61,153 nucleotides of DNA from Nemertoderma westbladi (Eukaryota > Animalia > Xenacoelomorpha). Shown piece by piece: positions 17,941 to 31,456 of this stretch. The translations under genes and the position numbers were made by a program. Positions within the stretch are counted from its first letter, which is position 1; the number at the start of each line of letters is the position of its first letter. The notes below the pieces were generated by a model. The model had not been told where the DNA came from. It saw nothing but the letters and a program-made list of their open reading frames with translations, and ran no database searches. The DNA lies in the NCBI GenBank assembly GCA_032718475.1, contig JAUCBJ010001349.1, positions 1 to 61,153 of the forward strand, in the 5' to 3' direction.

Positions 17941-19675
17941 GTTTCCTTCGTTCAGAAATGATTAACCAACCAGACCACAGACCCTACAGTAATTATCTCG
18001 GAATGACATTTTTCATTTTTCAAATTACTACTCCTCCGCCTCTTTTTATCCAATCTTCTTTATTTTTGGCTCATTCGAAAGGTTTTCAAGAGTTCTTTAA
18101 AAGTTATCGGTTGGAGTTTTTATATTTTTGTTTTTACAGCCAATTTTTCAGATTAAAGCCAATTGATAAAATTGTTAAAATTGTAACATTTTAACCGCAA
18201 ACTTGTTTCATTCAATGGTCACTAGAGGGCGCTTGGAAATTTGAAAATTTTTCGAAAAATGAATGTTTAGCCATAATTTAACAGCCCATATTATTAAAAT
18301 CATAATATTTTAATTTCAGTTGAAATTGTAGACATTTAAAAAAGTGTTTGGGGGGGGGGGGGGGGAGGTATTCCGGCCTTAATGTGATATTTACGGTATG
18401 TTAGAAGCATGTAGAAGTATAAAGTAATGGAAAATGAAAGTTCCTACCTGTTACTGCTGCTTTGACATATTTTCGTACTCAATTAATTAGTATTTGAGTA
18501 AAATAAAGTATGAAGTACAATAAGATTCACCTCGTTAAGGTTTCACATGAAATATTTTATTTAATGTATCGCGCCTATAATATTAATCTGACACTAACTG
18601 ACTGTAATGTATTTGGCTTGGATGTAGTCTCTATAGCATGAGAAAAATAAGTTTTGTCGACTTTTACTAATGTAGTGTGTTAGTGAACTATAAATTACCC
18701 AGGCGGCCTCAAGCTTCGTTATTCACACAGTCGGGCACTTATATTAGTAAGGGCTTGTGTTAATTATACAAGTGGGGCCACTCAAAGACGCGAAACAATC
18801 TAACGATACTGATATCCAATACACACATGCAGTGTATACATGGATAGAAGCACATGGTCATAGTGAAAGTAGGTAATGAGGTTTACCCCACCGTTTATAT
18901 GCGATCTCTGCCCACGTAATGATTCAGACACGCTTGGTTGGTGGCCCTGCAAACAGTCTGTAGTCTGATAGCGCGCCGTCATTCCAGCTGCACCCCCCGT
19001 AGTCATTGGTAGGCTAAGAAGGGCCCCGGTAGGGCTGCAGCAATGCTCCCTTGGTTTCGGTTGAGTGCGGAAGAAACAGAAAGGTTTAATCGTTCTACCA
19101 GCCCGTTGGAAACAAGGTTGCCATACCGAGTTCCACAGTACATCGAGTTCTACGCCGATCTGTGGTTAATTTTTCGCCTAGGCTAGCCGGTGGCCCCTCA
19201 TTGTCGTTGGTCATTCGAGTGGAATCCTGGTTAACGGCGGTCCATTAGCTAAACACTTATGGTTCTTGTATGTATACCGGTGCGGAGTGTATGTAGACCG
19301 AGTTCACTAATAGGTGCATGCAATAAGTAGGGATGTATATCACGGTAGACATAGCGACATTGTCTAAGTAAACCACTTTGGGATATGAGAATCTTTTGGT
19401 TTGAATCCGGAAGAATCTTTCGATACATCTGTAATGTAGACCTTATATGTAAAATTTTTACATTATGTATTATTGTGAACAAACTGAAAAATAGGAACTT
19501 AGGCCCGAAACGATCTGAGAGGACCCTCTAAACGGGTATAAATGTTACACTGACGTTAGACCGACACATTACGCCGACATTGTATCTACACTAGGCTGCT
19601 GCACGTATAGTCACACTACCGACATTACTGACACTGCGATAATCCTATACCGACGCTGACGTTGTGCCGATACCA

Positions 19676-22380
19676 GACAGGCCGACAATATGCTGATACA
19701 ACGCTGACATTGTGCTGAGACCAGGCCGACAATATGCTGATACAACGCTGACATTGTGATGAGACCAGGCCGACAATATGCTGATACAACGCTGACATTG
19801 TGCTGAGACCAGGCCGACAATATGCTGATACAACGCTGACATTGTGCTGAGACCAGGCCGACAATATGCTGATACAACGCTGACATTGTGATGAGACCAG
19901 GCCGACAATATGCTGATACAACGCTGACATTGTGCTGAGACCAGGCCGACAATATGCTGATACAACGCTGACATTGTGCTGAGACCAGGCCGACAATATG
20001 CTGATACAACGCTGACATTGTGCTGAGACCAGGCCGACAATATGCTGATACAACGCTGACATTGTGCTGAGACCAGGCCGACAATATGCTGATACAACGC
20101 TGACATTGTGCTGAGACCAGGCCGACAATATGCTGATACAACGCTGACATTGTGATGAGACCAGGCCGACAATATGCTGATACAACGCTGACATTGTGCT
20201 GAGACCAGGCCGACAATATGCTGATACAACGCTGACATTGTGCTGAGACCAGGCCGACAATATGCTGATACAACGCTGACATTGTGATGAGACCAGGCCG
20301 ACAATATGCTGATACAACGCTGACATTGTGCTGAGACCAGGCCGACAATATGCTGATACAACGCTGACATTGTGCTGAGACCAGGCCGACAATATGCTGA
20401 TACAACGCTGACATTGTGCTGAGACCAGGCCGACAATATGCTGATACAACGCTGACATTGTGCTGAGACCAGGCCGACAATATGCTGATACAACGCTGAC
20501 ATTGTGCTGAGACCAGGCCGACAATATGCTGATACAACGCTGACATTGTGATGAGACCAGGCCGACAATATGCTGATACAACGCTGACATTGTGCTGAGA
20601 CCAGGCCGACAATATGCTGATACAACGCTGACATTGTGCTGAGACCAGGCCGACAATATGCTGATACAACGCTGACATTGTGCTGAGACCAGGCCGACAA
20701 TATGCTGATACAACGCTGACATTGTGATGAGACCAGGCCGACAATATGCTGATACAACGCTGACATTGTGATGAGACCAGGCCGACAATATGCTGATACA
20801 ACGCTGACATTGTGCTGAGACCAGGCCGACAATATGCTGATACAACGCTGACATTGTACTGAGACCAGGCCGACAATATGCTGATACAACGCTGACATTG
20901 TGCTGAGACCAGGCCGACAATATGCTGATACAACACTGACATTGTGCTGAGACCAGGCCGACAATATGCTGATACAACGCTGACATTGTGCTGAGACCAG
21001 GCCGACAATATGCTGATACATTGCTGACATTGTGCTGAGACCAGGCCGACAATATGCTGATACAACGCTGACATTGTGATGAGACCAGGCCGACAATATG
21101 CTGATACAACGCTGACATTGTGCTGAGACCAGGCCGACAATATGCTGATACAACGCTGACATTGTGATGAGACCAGGCCGACAATATGCTGATACAACGC
21201 TGACATTGTGATGAGACCAGGCCGACAATATGCTGATATACAACGCTGACATTGTGCTGAGACCAGGCCGACAATATGCTGATACAACGCTGACATTGTG
21301 CTGAGACCAGGCCGACAATATGCTGATACAACGCTGACATTGTGATGAGACCAGGCCGACAATATGCTGATACAACGCTGACATGGTGATGAGACCAGGC
21401 CGACAATATGCTGATATACAACGCTGACATTGTGCTGAGACCAGGCCGACAATATGCTGATACAACGCTGACATTGTGATGAGACCAGGCCGACAATATG
21501 CTGATACAACGCTGACATTGTGCTGAGACCAGGCCGACAATATGCTGATACAACGCTGACATTGTGCTGAGACCAGGCCGACAATATGCTGATACAACGC
21601 TGACATTGTGCTGAGACCAGGCCGACAATATGCTGATACAACGCTGACATTGTGATGAGACCAGGCCGACAATATGCTGATACAACGCTGACATTGTGAT
21701 GAGACCAGGCCGACAATATGCTGATACAACGCTGACATTGTGCTGAGACCAGGCCGACAATATGCTGATACAACGCTGACATTGTGCTGAGACCAGGCCG
21801 ACAATATGCTGATACAACGCTGACATTGTGATGAGACCAGGCCGACAATATGCTGATACAATGCTGACATTGTGCTGAGACCAGGCCGACAATATGCTGA
21901 TACAACGCTGACATTGTGCTGAGACCAGGCCGACAATATGCTGATACAACGCTGACATTGTGCTGAGACCAGGCCGACAATATGCTGATACAACGCTGAC
22001 ATTGTGATGAGACCAGGCCGACAATATGCTGATATAAAACGCTGACATTGTGCTGAGACCAGGCCGACAATATGCTGATACAACGCTGACATTGTGATGA
22101 GACCAGGCCGACAATATGCTGATACAACGCTGACATTGTGCTGAGACCAGGCCGGCAATATGCTGATACAACGCTGACATTGTGCTGAGACCAGGCCGAA
22201 AATATGCCGATACAACGCTGACATTGTGCTGAGACCAGGCCGACAATATGCTGATACAACGCTGACATTGTGATGAGACCAGGTCGACAATATGCTGATA
22301 CAACGCTGACATTGTGCTGAGACCAGGCCAACAATATGCTGATTGATACAACGCTGACATTGTGCTGATACCAGGCCGAC
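19676..22380. repeat. 44-bp minisatellite, ~61 copies
   Basis: Unit gagaccaggccgacaatatgctgatacaacgctgacattgtg(c/a)t, head-to-tail with no spacers; degenerate copies at both edges. Confidence 0.97.
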
Positions 22381-25037
22381 AAATACTGACATCACGCTGA
22401 ACGCTGAAACTGTTTACATGTGCGGCACTGAAACACTGATTCTCATCACCAATTCTGGTCACATCGCTCCACATATCAGTCTATGAAAGGACCAAGATTC
22501 TGCGATGTCAGTGGTGCATTATTGCGCGGAAAGCTTTTTAAAAACTTGGTAAAAAATTTTAAATCCCAAATTAAATTTAGGGGGGTATGGGGTGAAATCA
22601 ATATTATTATTGGACATGGTGTATAGATAGAGAGATATGTAGGCCGATATATCATTAACTAATTGACTCTAGTATTGTGCGTAAGCGTTTCGGCACAAAC
22701 TTTTTACCGCGGGAATTCAACGGCAGTGTAAAATGAAGTAGACTGTAACGGTTGGGTGAATGTAGGTCCCACCGGAATATAGATAAATCCCTTAGAGCGA
22801 ATTGAAGTCACTTTAGTGCAAATTTAGTCTTCAAACTACACATTTGAGACATCGAACTTAGGACCCCTGCATGCGAGCCAGTGAAATTAGGCTCTCATCC
22901 ATCGACTTAACCTTTTATCAGGAAAAAATTATTTATATGAAGTAAATTGGAACTGAGATGATATACTGCAACTATTACATCACTGGGCGTTGAACCAGCG
23001 CTATACGGTGTAAGTCACAATGTATATGTATAACATGTATAACACATGTAAAAGTCTATATATAGTCTGCATGACATGTATAAGTCACAAATGACAGCCC
23101 TACGGGACTCAACTATGTTAGAGTAAAGCATGTTGGTATGTTGCGTGCGGAGTTTGTTGTAATCAATTACCAGTTTATACCAGATTTAATACCAGATTTA
23201 AATAAACCAGATTATAATCTTACCATTTTTAGCGGTAACAGTATAACAATTGAAGTAAATAGTTAATTATTATAATCTTCAATTTATTTATTATCTGTTC
23301 CAGTTTGTAGTTTTTTATATTTAGTAACATTCGGACTTAATGTAAAGCGCCTTAGGAGTTGTGAACAGATCAGCATTACATGTTCACGAAATCACGGATT
23401 TGTGGCCATAAACGCAGTGTTAATCTAATTTCACTCCGTAACGATAAGAATAGATTATCTGCACTAAATCGCACCGTTTATCGTAACACTCGCGACAATT
23501 CAGTATTATTAGTATATTTAAGCTGCAATAATTCCGAATGTTAAAGGACTCAACTCCAAGCTTAACGATTAAAGCGTCAAAGTTATGCCACCCATTCCGT
23601 GGAGGCAGACGTCTTCATTTACAGACTTTAATCCGAAAAAATAGTTCAAATCGGAACCGATGAGTCGCCACTAACTATTCGTCCCGCCAGAACAAGGAAT
23701 TCTGGACAAATCCGTTCGTCTCGCTTTTTGTGGCTAACTTGATAATTGATGGTCCCAGGGGAAGAAAACTGCTTCGTGAAACCCAGAGTGCATACCAGCG
23801 TGTAACACAGTGGAGACGGGCGGCGTGTTCACTGAAACAAGACTCAAAGGAGTAGCATATTCCATGCTCGACTGTTTGTCTGGATTCCAGTCTGCCAACA
23901 CATGTACCGCTGTAAGTCTGACATCGTGTAGTATGTTGCAGTACTTTGTGTCAATAATTATACTTCCAAGCAATCAAACTAAAAGTGACTTTTAATGATG
24001 ACGAAACTGTACTTCTCTAAAAGAAACCTATTATATTGCTTGAATTCTAAAAGTAACGATACAAAAATGGTACATATCCTACAATACTTTATCTCAACCT
24101 TTGCAGTTAGTTTCAAGTTTGTACGGAGTGATTCATGTAATGCATTTCTTGTTGTTTAAAATCTCATTAATTGATTAAATTGGTCTAAATTAAAGTCAAC
24201 ATTTTTCATATATCATGGAATTAAATAGGTTAAATTAAAAATGAGAATATTTATTTAATTTATTTCATTGATCACCCAAATAAGTGTAAACCTAACGGTC
24301 TGAGAGGTCTTGCGTTTTGAAAGATACTTCCATTCAATTGACCCTTCCTGACAAACATTTAAGAAAGAAAACGGAACAATCTATGAAAACTTTGGGGAAA
24401 ATATACTATTTTGCAATTTAATCCTGGAACCACTATTACTTTTCGTAAAATAAACAGCATTATGTAGCCTAGGTGGTATGTGCAGTTTAGAACTGATTTG
24501 TTCTACCTCGGTGCTATTAGTGTTAGACGCAAGAGTTTCAAGGGAAGGGGGTAAAAGGGAGAAAGTAGTGGAGTAAATGGAAGTTGTGTAGACAACAAAT
24601 CTAACAGGTCTGGTGCTGTGCGTAATAGAAGGAGTAGAATAATAGATGATCGCGGTTTATTTTATACCGTACAATACTGTAGTTAGTAGTAGGTGTACCT
24701 ATCGCATCCGCGCAGATGTCACTGGAAGGTTTTATTTTATTTATAAATATTATTATTTATTCCAACATATTTTTAATGGAGACAGGGGCGGGGCGCGGGG
24801 GGGGGGGGGGGTGTTGTGGTGTCTCGATGAAAAACCCATCATGGCGAACAAATATCTTTAGCAGATTAGAGTGGTATATTATTCTAACCAAAACAAATTA
24901 CGAAACTCAATAGAACATGGTTACAGTTTTATTTTACGAGTAATCAGCTATGCGTCGAATTTCCCACGCAGAGATTTCACTTTTTGTTACGACCACCACA
25001 CCCCCCCCCCTGTGCTTTAATGTAGAGAATCCAACAT

Positions 25038-26671
25038 CAGGGCCGTAATAACGGCGGGACTTTTGGGGCTGCAGCCCCGGGCAACGTGAAGGTTTGGGGC
25101 CGCCCCCAGAAAAAGAGAAAATGTAATGGTCCCTCCTTACATTAAAAAAAAAAATTTTGGAACCGCGTTAAAACTAAAACATAAAAGGAATATCGTACCC
25201 AGATGAACAAATGCGAAATTCACATTCCAAATTCTACTACTGAAAATATACCATACTATACCTCTCCAATTTCTCACTGTAAACATTGCCAAAGGGCAAG
25301 AAGGGCGGGGGGGGGGGGGGTCATAATGTAAAGAACACTAACAGTAGTAAATGAAGGGAACAACTACATTATTGGTGTGCGTGCCAGTGTGTCCACCAGA
25401 CAGACCACTAACAAATAAACCTATAGGGGTAAGCAAGCATCAACCATGGGCTACATTATATTTGTAATGGCTCTTTAGGTTAGGCTAATTTTAGTTATCT
25501 AATTTCAGTTAGACTAATTTTTCATAAAAAAAAAAATGGAGAAATATTATGAAATCCAGAAAACTGGCCGAAATTTATTGAAGCTTATACTGCATTGCAG
25601 CTGCAGTTTTAAGAATGCTGTGCCGTCTTGTCGACAAAATTGCACCGCCACAACTCCCTATCACCCATGACATTTGCTAGATCATCCGCATCTTCAAGGC
25701 CAGTGTCCTTTAAGGTGCGTCTCAAGAAAGTCATGGGCTGTCCACCATGCTTATTCACTCCATGGGGCTGCCAAAGCACAAGATTATGCACTGGAAAGTC
25801 CGCACGGCGAAAGCAATATCCTGCAAAGCAGAGGCGACTTTGTTCAAGTGTCAAGCTTGGGGGAACCAATGAGACACCTCCAATGTTATATAGTGTCTGG
25901 TTGGAGATGTGTGCATTGAACTTGACACAATGAACCCGGCGTAGCATTCTTGTGAATGTGCCATCCAGAGATTTGGTGTCCTCAGCAGTTAGAGCCCAGC
26001 ATGGACTCCCGTAGAGGAGTACTGGAACTTCTGCTGTTCTAAATAATCGGACCTTGAGATTCGCGATTCTGCGATTTCCAAATCCTGGAAAGCCTATTCA
26101 AGGCTGCCCATGCCTTTCCCTTACGTATTCGAAGGTCCTACCTTACATTCATTTTTCCTTTCATATAAATCAAAAATTGCAAAAAACAGTTAAGGAATGG
26201 AGGAGGATTAATATTTTTCGCGTGAAAAAATGTCATTCATAGATAATTGCCTGAAGTTCAAACCTTCCCGCGCAAAATTGCCTGTATGGGGTCTGGTTGG
26301 TTAAGAGTCTGACAGGAAGGAAACACACCTCCGAGCAAAAATTATATTCATCGAGGTTTTCGGGGTCGCTGATTTCATTTCCGATGATTTAATATTTGGT
26401 AGAATCTAGTATGTCGGTTGTCGGTCTGTCTTACAGATTGACAGATTGGCAGGCAGATCTTATACTATAACTCGAGAACTAAAAGTTATCTCTCTAAGCA
26501 GTTTCTAGATTTAAAATCCTCATTCAATTCTGCTCTCGATACAATAAAAAACAATTCCAAAATTTGTGATCATTATATGCGAATACCCCCCCCCCCCCCA
26601 AAAAAAAAAAATTTAAGGGGGCCCCAAATTTATATTAGCCCCGGGCCCCGATATAGCTCAATCCGGCCCTG
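25038..26671. mobile_element. hAT-type non-autonomous element with nested inserts
   Basis: TIR CAGGGCCG...CGGCCCTG; perfect 8-bp TSD tccaacat at 25030-25037 and 26672-26679; ggggccc subterminal motifs. Confidence 0.9.
25590..26144 (-). mobile_element. RTE-like LINE 3' fragment
   Basis: Translates to IRKGKAWAALNRLSRIWKS..VLLYGS..WALT..LDGTFTRMLRR..RLCFAGYC..DRELWR; same 3' end as 39926-40131. Confidence 0.8.
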
Positions 26672-27669
26672 TCCAACATGCAACATGTTGTGTATGCCTG
26701 CTTCTACTATGTAGGCCTACTGAAACTGAAATTTCATTCCTTTTAATTTGTGTTCACCTATGGCTCATACCAGGCAGTAATAGGTAGAATTAAATTATAC
26801 AACATCAACTAATGACTTCTTCGTAAATCGGAATACCCTGTAATGAAAGCAAATTTTGGACACAAGGTGGCGTTGCTTTTTCATATTGATTAATTTCCTA
26901 TGGCGACTGGGATTGCATTAAATTAGTATTCATTTTTGTATGTATCTTAGAATCAACCACAATGAATAGGAGACTTAACACTAATTAATTAACCTTGGTT
27001 GGCAGGTTCGGAACTTTTTCCTAAAATGTAATAGGCTATCCAGCAGCGCAACTGCCAATTATATAGCTGTGATAGATTTCGTGCTGGGGTTCCATTCTGG
27101 CATGGTGCCCATTTCCCAAGTTTTTATAGCTCGCTAAGATAAATTTATTTGAGGTATGTAGAGGTTTTTTGTGGGGTGATCACCATTATATAACTCAAAT
27201 ATAACATTCGAGAAAATTTCGGGTAATTTTAAATGTTTCACCTTGGCTACTAAAAAAAAGTTGTAAAATATAAGTGCTCGAAAAATTCAAGTAGCATAAA
27301 TTGATTAATACATTTGATGGATCCATTAAATATTTTTAACAAATTCTGTCGTGACCATCGATCTCTTATACCACTATAGCTTCAGAATAATGCAACCAAA
27401 TTAAATGTTTTATGCGATTGTTAATTTTCGTCCCACCACACTAGCACCAAAATGCGATACCGCACCGGTATTAACGAATTTTAAGTAGTTGTGTCGAGAT
27501 CAACGACCTTGAATACCAGTGTATACTGTTGCTTCGAATTACCCAACCAAAGGTAAAATTTAACAGGCAGGTTTATAGTTTTGTTTCTATATATATAGTG
27601 TTTCCTTTTAAATATCGCTTATTAGGGTAATTTGAGAATAACCTATCTATGCTGAGTAGATTTCCAGGT

Positions 27670-27960
27670 TCAGGTGCTCGTCACCGGTGGTATAAAATAC
27701 CCAGAGAATCGAGAATCTGCCCGGTTTGTAACAAAAATGATATAGAGGATGAATATCATTTTTTGTTGGTGTGTGATGGTTATCGAGATCTGCGCATGAA
27801 GCACTTCTCTGGGCGCTACAATGTGAATCCTACTATATTTAAATACCATGAGCTAATGGGGGCAACTACCAGGGAAAAACTGCTAAAATTAGGCCGTTAG
27901 GCCTAATTTCAAATGAGGCTTTTCGGGTTAGGGAGAACATTATGCAATGTCGTGCCATAT
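27670..27960 (+). mobile_element. LINE ORF2 C-terminal remnant (zinc-knuckle region)
   Basis: RWYKIPRESRICPVCNKNDIEDEYHFLLVC..Y..LR is the typical CxxC..HxxxxC tail of APE-type LINE ORF2. Confidence 0.75.
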
Positions 27961-29721
27961 AATTTTTATATTTATTTATATATTTTTTCACTAGTCTCAT
28001 CGTGTGATCTGTTTCTCTAAACTGCCTGTGCCGTTCGCGATGGTTAGACTAATTCAATTGTTCACAGAGCGTCGGTTTACTTGTAGGAGAAAGTCTGGTG
28101 CGTTTTCAACGCGCTTCCTTTAATACAGTAGGTGTGGTTTTCACGGAGTGATGTAAAGTTAGATTGAATGAAAACATTATGAATTGAGTTTAACTGATAA
28201 TCGATAATACTGTTTAAAGTTACATTTCACAATGAGTTTGAATTTCAGAGTGAATTACCAAGAAACTTTAAAGCATAATAATATTACACCAAATACTGTA
28301 GTTTATTTTACTGTATAACGTAGCGGGGCAATTCCACCATTGATGTAACACTTACGTCGAAAATAAAAAGTCATCTAATCAGCATAATTTTGGCATCAAA
28401 ATTTTCAATAAAAGTGACGGATTTTTAATATTTTTGAGGGTAACAACTGGTTTTTCATTATTCAATATGAGTAAATTTTTTAACGTATTTTCAAATTTGT
28501 AGAAATTAATCCATGTCATTTTTTAACATAATCTTACTACCATTGAAATTGTCGGAATAAGAAAGGTAAATACACCAACCGAAAATTAGACATTTATTAG
28601 AAGCTATTGATAATAAAGATTAGAATATTGACAGTATAGCATTGCATAATCAAAATTTAAAAAAAATTAGATTTGGCCTACATAATTATGTGAGTCCGTA
28701 ACGAATAGTACTTAAAGTTTTAATTTGGAGTACACCCCGCATGTATATTGCACTGACAATCATTTTCCTTTGGGTTTACAGCCAATCCGATCCTTCCATA
28801 ATGTATCTGTGTTCTGTATTGCCGATGAAATGTGTAATAGCAGCGTTACGGACTCACATATTTTTCGTTACGGACTCACCATATGGAAGGTTAGGTATGA
28901 ATCATTCTGCTTTGTAAACATTATTCACTATGTAAACTGAAAGTATTTACCTCGATTATACTCACATGTGCCCATCGACTCGACAGTCTGTCATATGGAC
29001 AATCAAACGTATTCATACATCACCTGTAATGTGTTACTGTTGACACTGACCGACATTCTGCATTGTGACTGTTAATAATGGTTAAAACTCCCCTCTCTGG
29101 GGCCGAGAGGGACAAACGTCATCGACAACGGATGGCAGAAGAGAAGAGGGAGTAACATAAGAATGGAGATTGGATACGGAAAAAGAAATATCGTAATTCT
29201 TTAGAAGGGTCTGCAAAGACTGCTTATCAAAATCGTCAACGTTGCCATACAGTGAATTGGCGGAGCAATAAAACATTACCAATCCCTCAAACACCTACCA
29301 CATCGCCAGCCAAAGCTTTCCAATGCCGGCAGAGCTTAGGAAGGGCTATTTCCCGTGTAAAACGTGTTCTACCATTGAGTTCCCCCAAAAAGAAGGCTGT
29401 TATTCAACAGTTAGCTGAGGTTGCTGGTCTCACAACGAATGTTTATGTGGGAATAGTCGAGGTAAGATTGATATTTGGAAAATATTTAATACTTATTATT
29501 CATTGGATATTGTTATTAATAGGTCCTTCTTATTATTATTTATTATATTATAAGCAAGGATTGTGATAGAGACAAGTATGTCAGGTATTAAAGACGGCCA
29601 TGTACAGCATAATTCGCACAGTGGCTGTCGATGAGATGATTGGTGGATGGGAGCTCATGATGACGTAAATTGCGGACATGCAAGGAATCACGTAGTACTT
29701 CCAGGTCTACCTTTGACATGA

Positions 29722-29790
29722 GCCGCTGGTGGGATGGTTAGAGCGCCAGACTTCCAACCTGGAGGTCAGCAGTTCGATCCTACGTCGGCA
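29722..29790 (+). mobile_element. tRNA-derived SINE head / tRNA pseudogene (TCC loop) in the transposase intron
   Basis: gccg...ggttagagcgccagacttccaacctggaggtcagcagttcgatcctacgtcggca: B-box present, anticodon stem imperfect. Confidence 0.5.
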
Positions 29791-29838
29791 TCAATGCCGA
29801 GTTTGAAAAGCAGTGTCCAATGAAGGTTGTAATGTATG

Positions 29839-29913
29839 GTACTGTATCTTGAAGTGCTACAAGATTACGCCATGGACCATGGCGTAATCTTGCAGCACTT
29901 TAAGATACAGTAC
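29839..29913. repeat. 75-bp near-perfect palindrome (hairpin / micro-MITE)
   Basis: gtactgtatcttgaagtgctacaagattacgccatgg-a-ccatggcgtaatcttgcagcactttaagatacagtac, centre at 29876. Confidence 0.9.
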
Positions 29914-31456
29914 AAGGAACAGGCCTACATATTGTTATTACACTTACACCTAGTACCGCAATTACATTAATTGTATGATAAGCTTTCCTTATTTAATATA
30001 CATTCCTAACTAGAGAAAATGTTATAATAACAATATAATAATAGTAACAATAACAATAATTATGAAATCGTATTCTATTCTACTGTATTTTAGGTAATCC
30101 TGGTATCAGTAAAGAAATTAAAGATAAAGTAACTTCGTTCTATGAAAGGGAGGACATCAGTCGACAAGCACCAGGTCGTCGGGATTCAGTGAAAGTTAAG
30201 GGTGAAGTCAGACAGAAAAACCATCTAATGATGACCATACAAGAAGCTTACCAGGTGTTTATGGTGGAAAATCCTAATGTAGTGATTAAAAAGTCTGCCT
30301 TTGCCGCTCTTCGTCCCCCACATGTATTATTGTCCTCCGAGTTCCCTCGCAATGTATGCCTATGCATCTACCACTCGAATCTAATTATGCTATTAGAAGC
30401 ACTGCATAGTGTCATTGACGAGATACCATTATATAAAAATGATAACAAGTTTTTAAACTTGTGTGTTTGTGATCCAACGCGAAAATCATGCATGACTGGA
30501 TGTTGCACAGATTGCTTTCCACAAAGTATCTTTCACGGAATAAATGGACCAACGCGGAATCAACCAATAAAATATTGGCAGTGGAGGAAAAGGATGGAAA
30601 ATAAAACTGTAAAGGTTCTATTTGAAGGTACTGTTGGTGATGCGATTGATTGTCTCCATAATCAATTACCGAAATTTCTGCAACACCACTTTATAAAGAA
30701 TCAGCAAAGTGCAGCTTTCAATAATAATAAAAAATTGGTTGAAGAATCTACTGAAATGGTAATGTTGCAAATGGATTTTGCTGAGAATTATACGTGCGTT
30801 TATCAGAATGAAGTCCAATCGGCCCATTGGTCTCCCTCACAAATAAGTATCTATACATCATGCATTTGGGGTCCGGGTTCCGAATATCAGTCCATCGCAC
30901 AAATATCTGACTACCTCACTCACTATAAAACAACGGTCATCCCTTATACAATAAACCTATTAGATCAAATATTCACTAACAATCATATTCACGTCATTAA
31001 CATCTGGACAGACGGACCATCAAATCAATTTAAGAACAAATTCATCGTCGATTTCGTTGGTCATATAGCTCTAAAACGGTACCCTAAGAAATTAATCACT
31101 TGGAATTATTTCGCAACCTCTCACGGGAAAGGTGCTGTGGATGGTGTTGGGGGGATATTAAAGAGCACCACCAGAAGGGCTGTCGTTTCTAAGAACGCTG
31201 TAGTTCAGTGCGCCAGTGATATGGTGAATACAGTGAATTGGAAAATAGTCTCCAACTTGTCTGTCTGGGAGAAAACTCAGCCTATTCATGGAATTTTGAA
31301 CATGCATCAATGCAAATTGGACAACCCATCCAATTTGAAACCAGTTATTGTCACAAAGATGTTCAGCAATGATACGCTCGAAGTTCGACACGACTTCCAT
31401 GGATTGAATGAGCAAGGGATGGATTGTGATAGTGACAATGAACCAACAACCCTTAA

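Larger units (their letters stand above)
16420..17990 (+). mobile_element. Non-autonomous repeat (cagcgaccccgaaaaccc family), interrupted by the 16674-17940 insertion; boundaries approximate
   Basis: 16420-16673 plus 17950-17990 align to the reverse complement of ~26290-26560. Confidence 0.6.

Noticed and set aside
19611-22474. Three 916-949-aa ORFs, or a possible CRISPR array
   Set aside because: All are translations of the 44-bp tandem repeat (each frame cycles through the same 44-aa peptide). There are no unique spacers or cas genes, and the context is eukaryotic.
23600-24000. Moderately GC-rich stretch with short ORFs on both strands
   Set aside because: No recognisable protein motif or splice structure in the frames I translated; could be regulatory but unsupported.
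29722-29790. Functional tRNA-Gly(TCC) gene (also 6914-6986)
   Set aside because: Acceptor, D and anticodon stems are imperfect and there are two diverged dispersed copies; better explained as SINE heads or pseudogenes. tRNAscan-SE would decide.
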